From Sedimentisphaerales bacterium (lineage in GTDB: Bacteria > Planctomycetota > Phycisphaerae > Sedimentisphaerales > SM23-30), in the NCBI GenBank assembly GCA_963663965.2, contig CAXXFK010000001.1, positions 256,001 to 320,000 of the forward strand: DNA of 64,000 nt, written 5' to 3'. Positions within the stretch are counted from its first letter, which is position 1. The number at the start of each line of letters is the position of its first letter. Under the pieces are notes generated by a model. That model searched no databases and was not told where the DNA came from. It saw only the letters and a program-made list of their open reading frames with translations. Below, piece by piece: positions 1 through 8,316 of the stretch. The translations under genes and the position numbers were made by a program.

Positions 1-57
1 ACACCTTCATGCTAACATCAGAAGAAAATCAGAGTTATACTAACAGTTTTTACTGAC

Positions 58-128
58 TGGAGCCGAGGGGAGTCGAACCCCTGGCTGCGCGATGCGACCG
101 CGCCGTGTTCCCACTACACTACGGCCCC
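58..128 (-). tRNA. tRNA-Ala (anticodon CGC), CCA not encoded
   Basis: Reverse complement folds as a cloverleaf: GGGGCCG/CGGCTCC acceptor stem with G3:U70 Ala identity pair, D stem GTGT/ACAC, anticodon stem GCGCG/CGCGC with loop GTCGCAT, T loop TTCGACT, discriminator A. Confidence 0.93.
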
Positions 129-285
129 AAATTACTGGGTCATTCTATCGCTTTTTAAAAAGCTTTCTTATTATATCGATATTAAAACGATTCTCGGACA
201 GAAAAAATACATCAATTTCACCTTTGACGCCATTTTTTCGTATCCACTTGTGAATTAAGTAGTTATCGTCATATTTTATCAATTG

Positions 286-867
286 TCAATATAAATCATA
301 GATCCGCTGTTGGAGAGCGGCCAGATATTGCTTTCGGATTTGATCATCCACGGTCGGTACTGCGCCATAAAAAATATGATCCAGAACAGTAATCGCACAA
401 AATTGATAGATCCCTTCATCAATCGTTTTTTTCAAAGCATCATGCATCCCAACCTGTTGGTAATACTCTGATGGTGCACCGGTCGTCGTGATAATCAATG
501 CCTCTTTATCGCTCAATAATCCGGTTAAACCCGAGGCATCAATTCTATAAGCAAAGCCAAAACTGAAAACCCGGTCAATATAACCCTTCATACGAGCCGG
601 CAGGCCGGTCCACCAGATTGGGTGGATCGCGATAATCCGGTCGGCCCAGCGAATATGCTCTTGTTCTTCAGCCACGTCGGGCAATACCTGGCCCTGGCCA
701 ATGGCCTCAAAATCGGTTGGATCCAATACTGGCTGGAAATTCAATTGATACAAATCACGCACCCGGTAGAGATGGCCGCCCTTTTCAAGGGATTCAATTA
801 CCGTGGTTAAAATTGCATGATTAAAACTGGCTGGATTCGGATGGCAATAAAGGATGAGTGTCTTCAT
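286..867 (-). CDS. NAD(P)H-dependent oxidoreductase, flavodoxin-like (Flavodoxin_2/NQO family)
   Basis: MKTLILYCHP..SFN, PIWW..PA.MKGYIDRVF, TTG motifs; start moved to ATG 867 from the ORF-track start at 954. Confidence 0.88.
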   Translation of the reverse strand: MKTLILYCHPNPASFNHAILTTVIESLEKGGHLYRVRDLYQLNFQPVLDPTDFEAIGQGQVLPDVAEEQEHIRWADRIIAIHPIWWTGLPARMKGYIDRVFSFGFAYRIDASGLTGLLSDKEALIITTTGAPSEYYQQVGMHDALKKTIDEGIYQFCAITVLDHIFYGAVPTVDDQIRKQYLAALQQRIYDLY

Positions 868-1080
868 AAAATAGTACCTTATCATTTGATTTTTAATATT
901 ACTCTTTATTCTATCACTAATTATATCCCCAGCAAGTCCATCTGCGCCACCCAATCACCCAACAATTAACCTAAACTATATCTATATACTAAGTTATAAA
1001 ATCCTTAAAATGGATATTTGTTTCTTAGAAACTGATTCTATCTCTTAATGTCTTCGATCTAATGTTCATGGGTTATGCAG

Positions 1081-1108
1081 TTGATGTTTATGGCTTGTAT
1101 GCTATAAT
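1081..1108 (+). promoter_or_regulatory. sigma70-like promoter TTGATG-N16-TATAAT with extended -10 TG
   Basis: Consensus-like hexamers ending 10 nt before ATG 1119, implying a near-leaderless transcript. Confidence 0.5.
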
Positions 1109-1118
1109 CCCCCCCACA

Positions 1119-2741
1119 ATGACTGACCACTTTCCATCCATGGATCGCCAACAGATTTCCCGCAGACAGGCCTTGATCTGGCTGCTCATCATCTGGGGAG
1201 TCGTTTATTTGTGGAACCTGGGCGGGCTGGAATTCAAAGGAGAAGAAGCCCGCCGCGCCCTGCCGGCGGTCGAAATGCTCAAATCCGGGAACTATATCGT
1301 ACCCTATATCGGCGGCGAACCCTATTATAAAAAACCACCCTTAATTAACTGGCTGGTGGCCGGTTCTCTTAAATTATGCGGTGTCCAGAATGAATTTGCC
1401 GCACGCTTACCCTCAGTCGTTTTCGTGTTATTATTTCCATTGATTCTGCTTTATATCCCGGGGGCCTGGCCTGACAACAATATTCGATTTATGACCGGTC
1501 TGATTTTTATGAGCTGCGTTGGAATACTGGAAAAGGGACGACTTATCGAAATTGAGGCTGTTTACGTCAGCCTGACCGGAATCGCCACCTGCTGGTGGCT
1601 GTCTACCTGGCTAAGCCAGCGCCCCCGATGGCAGATCTGGCTGGTCCCGGCCCTGGCACTGACTGCCGGGATGCTAACCAAGGGCCCGGCTCATTTGCTA
1701 TTCTTTTTTACCGTGGTATTGAGTGTCCTGATCGCCAATCGCCGGCTTAAAGATATCCTTGTCGTCGAATCCATACTTTGCCTGATCGTGATTTTCGGAG
1801 TCACTGCCTGGTGGTATTATCTGGCCCAGAACCAGGTTGACAGCACTGCCATGCAGCAAGAGATCAATCAACAACTCAGTTCCCGTATCTTCAGTTTAAA
1901 GTACCGATTGAGTGAGAATTTCAGCAGTTTCTATCGCAGTCTGATTGGTTTTCTACCCTGGATCATTTTCCTGCCGGTTTTATGGAACCAATCTTTGCTC
2001 CAGAGCATGGCGCCCGATCACCGGATGACCTGCAAAAGCGCAACCCTGGGCTTATCAATTGCAGTTATTTTCTATTTAATCTTACCGGGGAGTATGTCGC
2101 GTTATCTGATGCCGGCGTATCCCATTGCTTCTTTTATGCTGGCATGGCTGCTGAACCAGCAAGATATTTACGGATCCGTAGAGCAACACTGGTGTGCTAT
2201 CCTGAAAGGCAGCGCTCCCGTTATAGTCATCAGTTCGATACTCTCGCTGCTGGCGGTTGTGATCCATCCGGGAATGGACGCCTGGCGCAACTCATTACTA
2301 TGGATCCTGATACCGGCTTTACTGACAGCTGGTTATTTGTGGCGGGTCAGGCCCCGATATTCCCTGGTCGATCTGGTAACCCGCTTTACTTTACTAATTG
2401 GATTTTTTGTCTTTCTATTCAATCAACTGGTCCCCATCTGGGCTCCAGAGCATGAACAACGCCGCCCACTGGCCCAGACGATCAATCAGATGATCGCATC
2501 TGATGATACGTTGTACGTCTATCGACCGGGGTATCTTGCCTTTATTTATTATCTCCGTGAACCCATGCAATACCTTGTTCAGCCGGAACAAATTAACGGC
2601 AACGTTCATTACCTTTTAATCAAGGATGAAGCCTGGACCGAACTGAGCCAATCCCCTGTCCTTGTCAATCGCTCTCCCCGGATTATTCTAAACCAGGAAT
2701 TTCGTCATAAGGGCAATGTTCTGATCGTTCACCTGGATTAA
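1119..2741 (+). CDS. ArnT/PMT-family (GT83/GT39-like) polytopic membrane glycosyltransferase
   Basis: EEARR...EML.SG.YIVP...Y..KPPL..W..A.S...G..EFAARLPS and LTKGP motifs; many TM helices; start could be 1062, 1119 or 1140. Confidence 0.85.
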   Translation: MTDHFPSMDRQQISRRQALIWLLIIWGVVYLWNLGGLEFKGEEARRALPAVEMLKSGNYIVPYIGGEPYYKKPPLINWLVAGSLKLCGVQNEFAARLPSVVFVLLFPLILLYIPGAWPDNNIRFMTGLIFMSCVGILEKGRLIEIEAVYVSLTGIATCWWLSTWLSQRPRWQIWLVPALALTAGMLTKGPAHLLFFFTVVLSVLIANRRLKDILVVESILCLIVIFGVTAWWYYLAQNQVDSTAMQQEINQQLSSRIFSLKYRLSENFSSFYRSLIGFLPWIIFLPVLWNQSLLQSMAPDHRMTCKSATLGLSIAVIFYLILPGSMSRYLMPAYPIASFMLAWLLNQQDIYGSVEQHWCAILKGSAPVIVISSILSLLAVVIHPGMDAWRNSLLWILIPALLTAGYLWRVRPRYSLVDLVTRFTLLIGFFVFLFNQLVPIWAPEHEQRRPLAQTINQMIASDDTLYVYRPGYLAFIYYLREPMQYLVQPEQINGNVHYLLIKDEAWTELSQSPVLVNRSPRIILNQEFRHKGNVLIVHLD

Positions 2742-2754
2742 ACAACCCGTGCGT

Positions 2755-3597
2755 TTAATGCTGACAATGACATCTTTTGGGATTAGAATTAGAATGGGGC
2801 TTATCCTGCTGACCAACACTGTTAAAGTCTGTTACGGTTTGACACTCCGGGCAATCTTTTTTGCTGACCGTTTCTGGCGCCACCGTATTATCCTTCAGCT
2901 TTTTATGCCGGTTAATGAAAATCAAATTGCGGATATAAATCAGATTATTAAACAGATACGCCAGAATGAATACCGGATCCTGACGATAAAATGCGTATAA
3001 CAAGACCGTTGAACATCCAATAACACTGAATATCCAGAATGAATCCGGCACCACACTTTTTTTGGCCCGTTCAGTAGCAATCCACTGAACCAGAAAACGG
3101 GCAGTAAAAAATAACTGGCCTAATAATCCTATACAAATCCAGATTTTTTCGGAGAACGATTTGCCGCGAAATTTGCTGACTTTAATTCCAACCGGCAGAT
3201 AAGTCACTTCGGGCCGGTCATTCAGCAGGGTAAATACTCCATCACTTCCTCCGGGCCGAACGGCAATAGCCATTTTCAGGGGGGCCTGTTGATAGATTTC
3301 CATATTGCCCGGATCCAGGGTGACCCTGATTCGACCATCCTGAATTGCCACATTCTTATAGATGTCTGATTGCCACAAGGGCTCCTGATCAGATTCCATA
3401 CCATAAATGGAAAATTGCATATCCAGACTGGCTGACTTGAAAGTTTCGGGTAATTCCAGGGTACCCGTATAAACAAATGCGGTATGATTCTCAGTGCCTG
3501 AACAGACAGGAGCAGTCAACAGGAGCAACGCCACTATTGTCAGCCTATATAGAATCGATAACGTCAATGAAACTTTTCTGGATGTTGGCGCCGGCAT
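2755..3597 (-). CDS. Lipid A biosynthesis N-terminal (LAB_N) domain protein with signal peptide and extra extracytoplasmic domain
   Basis: C-terminal IGLLGQLFFTARFLVQWIATERAKKSVVP..FW.FS..G...LLYA..RQDPVFI is the LAB_N signature. Confidence 0.85.
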   Translation of the reverse strand: MPAPTSRKVSLTLSILYRLTIVALLLLTAPVCSGTENHTAFVYTGTLELPETFKSASLDMQFSIYGMESDQEPLWQSDIYKNVAIQDGRIRVTLDPGNMEIYQQAPLKMAIAVRPGGSDGVFTLLNDRPEVTYLPVGIKVSKFRGKSFSEKIWICIGLLGQLFFTARFLVQWIATERAKKSVVPDSFWIFSVIGCSTVLLYAFYRQDPVFILAYLFNNLIYIRNLIFINRHKKLKDNTVAPETVSKKDCPECQTVTDFNSVGQQDKPHSNSNPKRCHCQH

Positions 3598-3602
3598 GAT
3601 GC

Positions 3603-4328
3603 TTATGCTTCCTCCTTAAATTCCGGCCTTACGATCCGGGTTCGCATCCATCGGATCGCAAAGGTATCACGCAAGGCTTTAAAAAGCCGATTCGATATTC
3701 CGTATTTTGAGACGCCGGCGGTCCTGGCCCGGTGATGAACGGGGATCTCCGTTACGGTATAACCTTCCATTTTCACCAGAGTGGGTAAAAACCGATGCAT
3801 ACCGTTGAACATTTTCAGCCGTTCGACACACTCGCGCCGGAATACTTTTAAACCACAGGCCGAATCGTGGATATTCTCATGGGTCAGCCAGTTTCTCACC
3901 CCATTGGCAATCCGGGTCGACACCAGGCGAATCCACGGATCGTTACGATCCTTCCGCCAGCCATTGGAGAAATCGAAGCGCCCGGCCGCCACTGGCTCTA
4001 ACAACATCGGGATATCCGCCGGATCATTCTGCAGGTCTGCATCGAGAGTTGCCAGGTACCGTCCTTTTGCCACCCTGAAACCGGTATCCAGGCCGGCTGT
4101 CTGACCAGCATTTTTCAGATGCCGGATCACTCTTAAAGCCGGAAATTCGCCCTGGAGTTCTTTTAAAAGTGTTTCACTTCCATCCGTACTGGCGTCATTG
4201 ACTATAATCATCTCATAGGGCTTATCCAAAGTTGACAAAGCCTTATCCAACTGCTCAACCAAGGGCCTGAGATTTTCGATCTCATTATAGGCAGCGGCGA
4301 TCGCGGAAATATAAATGTCATCATTCAT
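3603..4328 (-). CDS. GT2 polyprenol-phosphate glycosyltransferase (DPM1/ArnC-like)
   Basis: AYNE, VNDASTDGS, DADLQNDP, D.ACGLK.FR, HRFLP, R.AG.SKY motifs. Confidence 0.9.
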   Translation of the reverse strand: MNDDIYISAIAAAYNEIENLRPLVEQLDKALSTLDKPYEMIIVNDASTDGSETLLKELQGEFPALRVIRHLKNAGQTAGLDTGFRVAKGRYLATLDADLQNDPADIPMLLEPVAAGRFDFSNGWRKDRNDPWIRLVSTRIANGVRNWLTHENIHDSACGLKVFRRECVERLKMFNGMHRFLPTLVKMEGYTVTEIPVHHRARTAGVSKYGISNRLFKALRDTFAIRWMRTRIVRPEFKEEA

Positions 4329-4344
4329 AGTGGTGTATTATTTC

Positions 4345-4534
4345 AAATAGAGTAAATCGCAGTTTGCATGAAGGGATTGTACGATTTAAGATTAAATCAA
4401 TCGTCGGTAGTTTTAATCCCCAGTAAAAGCAGAATTTTAGTTAATATCATCTACCCGGTCAATACGCTAAAAAAGATTTCTCCTATCCGGTTTATAAATA
4501 CCCCGAGAATTATGCAAACTATATTACTCTATTT
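4345..4534. repeat. Long-range imperfect inverted repeat enclosing internal hairpins
   Basis: AAATAGAGTAA..AGTTTGCAT (4345-4369) vs ATGCAAACT..TTACTCTATTT (4512-4534); internal GGGATT/AATCCC and ACGATT/AATCGT pairs. Confidence 0.6.
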
Positions 4535-4595
4535 AAACTCGGTAACCAATTCTTATATCTGGGCATACCAAATCACAATTCATATCAGTTATTCC

Positions 4596-4623
4596 TTGAT
4601 ATTTTCTCACTTTCTGTTATGAT
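4596..4623 (+). promoter_or_regulatory. sigma70-like promoter for the KamA-like gene (TTGATA-N16-TATGAT, extended -10)
   Basis: Hexamers seen directly; overlapped by the palindrome TCTGTTAT..ATAACAGA. Confidence 0.5.
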
Positions 4624-4832
4624 GTATATCAATAACAGAGGACATAACCAATAACAATCAATAGTTGATTGCGTATTCCCCACGTGCCTCCTTGCAGTGG
4701 TCCTCGTTATGTGGGTGAGTTATAATATAGAAAGGGCAACTCAGATTCCACTATTGTCCATAAAGAAGGGGACGCTATCGCTAAATTTCCTAAATACAAT
4801 AATTAACATAACCAATTGCGGAGTAAATTCTT

Positions 4833-5966
4833 ATCAATAATAATCCAAAATATTTAAATCAACCTGGCCAGATATCCGCTCTACCAATGGAAATCCAGGA
4901 ACAAATAAACCCAGTAGCAGATCTTTATCGCTTTCGTTCCAATGAATATTATCTCTCTCTAATTGACTGGAACGACCCTGATGATCCCATTCGACGAATT
5001 ATTATTCCGAATCTGGATGAATTGGAACCCTGGGGAAGCCTTGATCCATCTGATGAAAGCAGTGTAACGGTATTACCTGGCCTGGAACATAAATACGATT
5101 CTACCGCACTGTTGCTGGTTTCAAATGTTTGTGGAGGCATATGCCGATTCTGTTTTCGGAAACGGGTCTTCCTGAACGAAAGAGAAAGAGCTGATATTGT
5201 CACAAATATGGATTTGGCAAAACGTTACATTAATAATCACAAGGAAATAACCAATGTTTTACTTACCGGAGGCGACCCTTTATCACTCTCCACTAAACGC
5301 CTGGCCAGCTATATCGACACTCTATCCATGATCGATCATGTTCAAATCATTCGGATTGGCACCAAAATGCTGGGGTTTAATCCATACCGCATTCTCAACG
5401 ACCCGGAATTACCTGAAGTAATCCAGAACACAATGGATAAAGGCAAGCAAGTCTATATTATGACACACTTTAACCATCCAAGAGAGATAACCGATCTTTC
5501 CATACAAGCCGCCCGTATATTGCAGCATACCGGCGCCGTTCTGGCCAATCAGACTCCCCTGCTTCGCGGCGTCAATAATGATCCGGATATTCTTGCAGAT
5601 TTATTCAGAAAGCTTTCCTTTATAGGCATTCCACCCTATTACATATTTCAATGTCGGCCCTCTTCAGGAAACCATACATTTTCATTGCCAATAGAAACCG
5701 GCTATGAACTATTCGAGCTAGCGAAAAGCAAAGTTTCCGGCCTGGCTAAACGAGCTCGTTTTGCCATGAGCCATCGCACTGGAAAAATTGAAATTCTCGG
5801 ACTTACTGACGACCAGGTCTTTATGAAATACCACCGGGCGCGTGATTCTGAGAACGATAGCTGCTTCATGGTTTACCCGCGTAATCCCCATGCCCTCTGG
5901 CTTGATGATTATGATGAGCCAGTCCAGAAGTACCCTATCGATGACCTGATAACAGCCAGTCTTTGA
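4833..5966 (+). CDS. KamA-family radical SAM/PLP aminomutase-like protein (first ATG 4887; probable start ATC 4833)
   Basis: GLEHKY, CGGICRFCFRKR (CxxxCxxC), LLTGGDPL, HFNHPRE, NQTPLLRGVN and GKI motifs. Confidence 0.88.
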   Translation: MNNNPKYLNQPGQISALPMEIQEQINPVADLYRFRSNEYYLSLIDWNDPDDPIRRIIIPNLDELEPWGSLDPSDESSVTVLPGLEHKYDSTALLLVSNVCGGICRFCFRKRVFLNERERADIVTNMDLAKRYINNHKEITNVLLTGGDPLSLSTKRLASYIDTLSMIDHVQIIRIGTKMLGFNPYRILNDPELPEVIQNTMDKGKQVYIMTHFNHPREITDLSIQAARILQHTGAVLANQTPLLRGVNNDPDILADLFRKLSFIGIPPYYIFQCRPSSGNHTFSLPIETGYELFELAKSKVSGLAKRARFAMSHRTGKIEILGLTDDQVFMKYHRARDSENDSCFMVYPRNPHALWLDDYDEPVQKYPIDDLITASL

Positions 5967-6156
5967 TATAATATATTAATTAACAATACTTTAAGAAAAA
6001 TAACCTTTAATAATTCCAAATGGTAAGAATTGCGAGAATGTACCATTCCAATCCAAATTTGAAGATTTTGAAAATAGTCTTGATTTTTCTGGATTATCCA
6101 TCATAATATTCGATTCTACGATTTCTGAAGATAGTAACCTTAATGGAGACATAAGC

Positions 6157-6474
6157 GTGTACGCAATTATTGAAGACAGTGGCAAACAATATAAAGTGGC
6201 CAAAGGTGAAGTTGTCTGTGTTGAACTTCACGATATCGAAGAGAACCAGGAAACCCTGGAATTCGATAAGGTTCTATTCGTTAGTGACAACGGCGAGATT
6301 CTGGTTGGACAGCCCTATGTTCAAGGCGCAAAAGTAATCGCCAAAATTAACGGTGAAGCCAAAGGTCCCAAACTTTATCCTTTGTTTTTCCGTCGCAGAA
6401 AAAATTCACAGCGTCGTATAGGCCATCGTCAGAGATATCTTGAAGTCGAAATCGCCGATATTGTCAAATCCTGA
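6157..6474 (+). CDS. rplU: 50S ribosomal protein L21
   Basis: MYAIIEDSGKQYKV..G, FDKVL, G.P.V.GAKV, RRKN..R.IGHRQ; GTG start with GGAG upstream. Confidence 0.97.
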   Translation: MYAIIEDSGKQYKVAKGEVVCVELHDIEENQETLEFDKVLFVSDNGEILVGQPYVQGAKVIAKINGEAKGPKLYPLFFRRRKNSQRRIGHRQRYLEVEIADIVKS

Positions 6475-6500
6475 TCAGAGCCATGCTGAAATCTTTGGGG

Positions 6501-6529
6501 TTGACAGGATAAGACAAGGCTTGTAAGTT
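6501..6529 (+). promoter_or_regulatory. sigma70-like promoter TTGACA-N17-TAAGTT upstream of lptB
   Basis: Perfect -35 at 6501-6506 and a 17-nt spacer. Confidence 0.5.
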
Positions 6530-6568
6530 AAAGCCTGATTTGCCTTTATGGCCAATCAGGCTTTTTTT
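6530..6568 (+). terminator. Rho-independent terminator after rplU
   Basis: AAAGCCTGATT/AATCAGGCTTT stem followed by a T7 run. Confidence 0.75.
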
Positions 6569-6580
6569 ATGGTATCGACT

Positions 6581-7327
6581 ATGGACATGGTATTGCTCGA
6601 AACTCAGGATTTGATCAAACGCTATTCCGGCCGCACCGTCGTGGATGGCGTATCGCTCAAGGTCCATGAACGTGAAAGCATTGGCCTGCTGGGGCGAAAC
6701 GGGGCGGGAAAAACCACCTCATTCAGAATGACCATCGGCATGGTTACCCCCGATAGCGGCAAGGTCTTTTTTGAAGGGCGTGATATCACCCATATGCCCA
6801 TGTTTCGCCGGGCCCGTCTGGGCATTGGCTATCTTTCACAGGAACCCAGTGTTTTTCAACGCCTTACTGTCGAACAAAACCTGCTGGCTATTCTTGAAAC
6901 CCTTTCTCTGACCCGGCGCGACCGCAATATCCGAATGGAAGAACTGCTGGACCAGTTTGGTCTGGCCAAAGTTCGCAAACAGCAGGCACGGGTTCTCAGT
7001 GGCGGGGAACGGCGCAAGTTGGAAATTGCCCGCGCCCTGATCACGAATCCATCGCTTATTCTACTGGATGAGCCGTTCAGCGGCGTGGATCCGATCGCGG
7101 TGGAAGATCTGCAAAAAGAAATCGGCCGGTTGATGGACAAGGGAATCAGCATATTAATTACCGATCATAATGTGGAAAGAACACTTGAAGTTGTGGATCG
7201 GGCGTATATTATAAATGAGGGTAAAGTGCTAGCCTGCGGCGCCCCCAAAGAGTTAGTCAACAATCCAACGGTACGAAAAGCGTATTTCGGCCATATGTTC
7301 AAAGGAGATGAATTCGACAACCGCTAA
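6581..7327 (+). CDS. lptB: LPS export ABC transporter ATP-binding protein
   Basis: GRNGAGKTTSF, RARLGIGYL.QE.S.F..LTVE.N, LSGGERR.LEIARAL, LLDEPF.GVDPIAV, ILITDHNV. Confidence 0.93.
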   Translation: MDMVLLETQDLIKRYSGRTVVDGVSLKVHERESIGLLGRNGAGKTTSFRMTIGMVTPDSGKVFFEGRDITHMPMFRRARLGIGYLSQEPSVFQRLTVEQNLLAILETLSLTRRDRNIRMEELLDQFGLAKVRKQQARVLSGGERRKLEIARALITNPSLILLDEPFSGVDPIAVEDLQKEIGRLMDKGISILITDHNVERTLEVVDRAYIINEGKVLACGAPKELVNNPTVRKAYFGHMFKGDEFDNR

Positions 7328-7368
7328 TCCCGGCCAGATGGAAATCCATTTTCCTGGAGGAAACCGCC

Positions 7369-8316
7369 CTGTTAAGGTATCTTGAATATATTTATATCAA
7401 TTACGGCATTATCCGGCCGGCTATCGAACTATGCCTGATCGGTTTTGCGGTCTATTCAGTTATCCGCTTCCTGAGAGGCACTGGCGGTGAAAAACTATTC
7501 ATGGGTTTCATTTTCCTGGTATTGGGTTTCTGGTGCGTGAGTTTTCTAACGGACTGGCTGGCATTGGAGCGAATTCAGCTTATTTTCAAATATTTCCTTT
7601 TAATGGTCTTACTGGTTGCCACGGTCTCGTTTCAACCGGAATTGCGCCGGGGCCTGATGAAACTGGGCGGCGCGCGTTTCAGCCGAAACACGGTTCCACA
7701 GATCGCCAATGTGATCGAACAGATCATCGATTCAGTAGCCATTCTCAGCCGCTCAGAAATCGGGGGCATAATCGCCATTGAACGCGAAGTCGGACTGGCC
7801 GATTATATTGCCAGCGGAACGCAGATCGATTCCGAAGTCACTGCCGATCTGCTTAACACCATTTTCTGGCCGGGTTCTCCCCTGCATGATATGGGCGTTG
7901 TTATTCGCAAAGGGAAACTGGCTGCCGCCGGCGTGCAATTCCCCCTGGCGGAATATGGTGATTTTGACCGTATGCTGGGTTCCCGCCATCGAGCGGCAAT
8001 TGGTCTATCCAAGGCGACAGACGCGGCCATTGTTGTTGTCAGCGAAGAAACCGGGAATATTTCACTGGCCCAGAACGGCAAACTGGCCCGTTTCCTGACG
8101 TTAGAACAGCTCCGTCAACAGTTACTCGACTTGATGCTCCCATTAGCAACGGAACCTCAAAAAACCAAAAAGCGGAAAACTTCTGATGAATCGAATCATT
8201 CCAGCCAGGTGAACATAAACACCCCATCATCAAGAGATCATGAGGATTTGAAAAACTCACCGCAATCCACGCATACCAATCTGTCCGGGCAGGAGGTGGC
8301 GGATCATGTTCAATAA
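7369..8316 (+). CDS. cdaA: Membrane diadenylate cyclase CdaA/DacA (CTG start)
   Basis: 3 TM helices, FQPELRRGL, IFWPGSPLHD, LGSRHRAAIGLS, VVSEETG; the frame is open upstream of ATG 7501 to CTG 7369 with GGAGG 8 nt before it. Confidence 0.88.
   Translation: MLRYLEYIYINYGIIRPAIELCLIGFAVYSVIRFLRGTGGEKLFMGFIFLVLGFWCVSFLTDWLALERIQLIFKYFLLMVLLVATVSFQPELRRGLMKLGGARFSRNTVPQIANVIEQIIDSVAILSRSEIGGIIAIEREVGLADYIASGTQIDSEVTADLLNTIFWPGSPLHDMGVVIRKGKLAAAGVQFPLAEYGDFDRMLGSRHRAAIGLSKATDAAIVVVSEETGNISLAQNGKLARFLTLEQLRQQLLDLMLPLATEPQKTKKRKTSDESNHSSQVNINTPSSRDHEDLKNSPQSTHTNLSGQEVADHVQ

Noticed and set aside
4630..4832. Known SAM-I, lysine, M-box or c-di-AMP riboswitch
   Set aside because: Hallmark consensus segments not recognisable by eye; kept only as an unassigned structured leader
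6157..6474. rplU not followed by rpmA
   Set aside because: Operon splitting is unremarkable on its own and cannot be evaluated from one window
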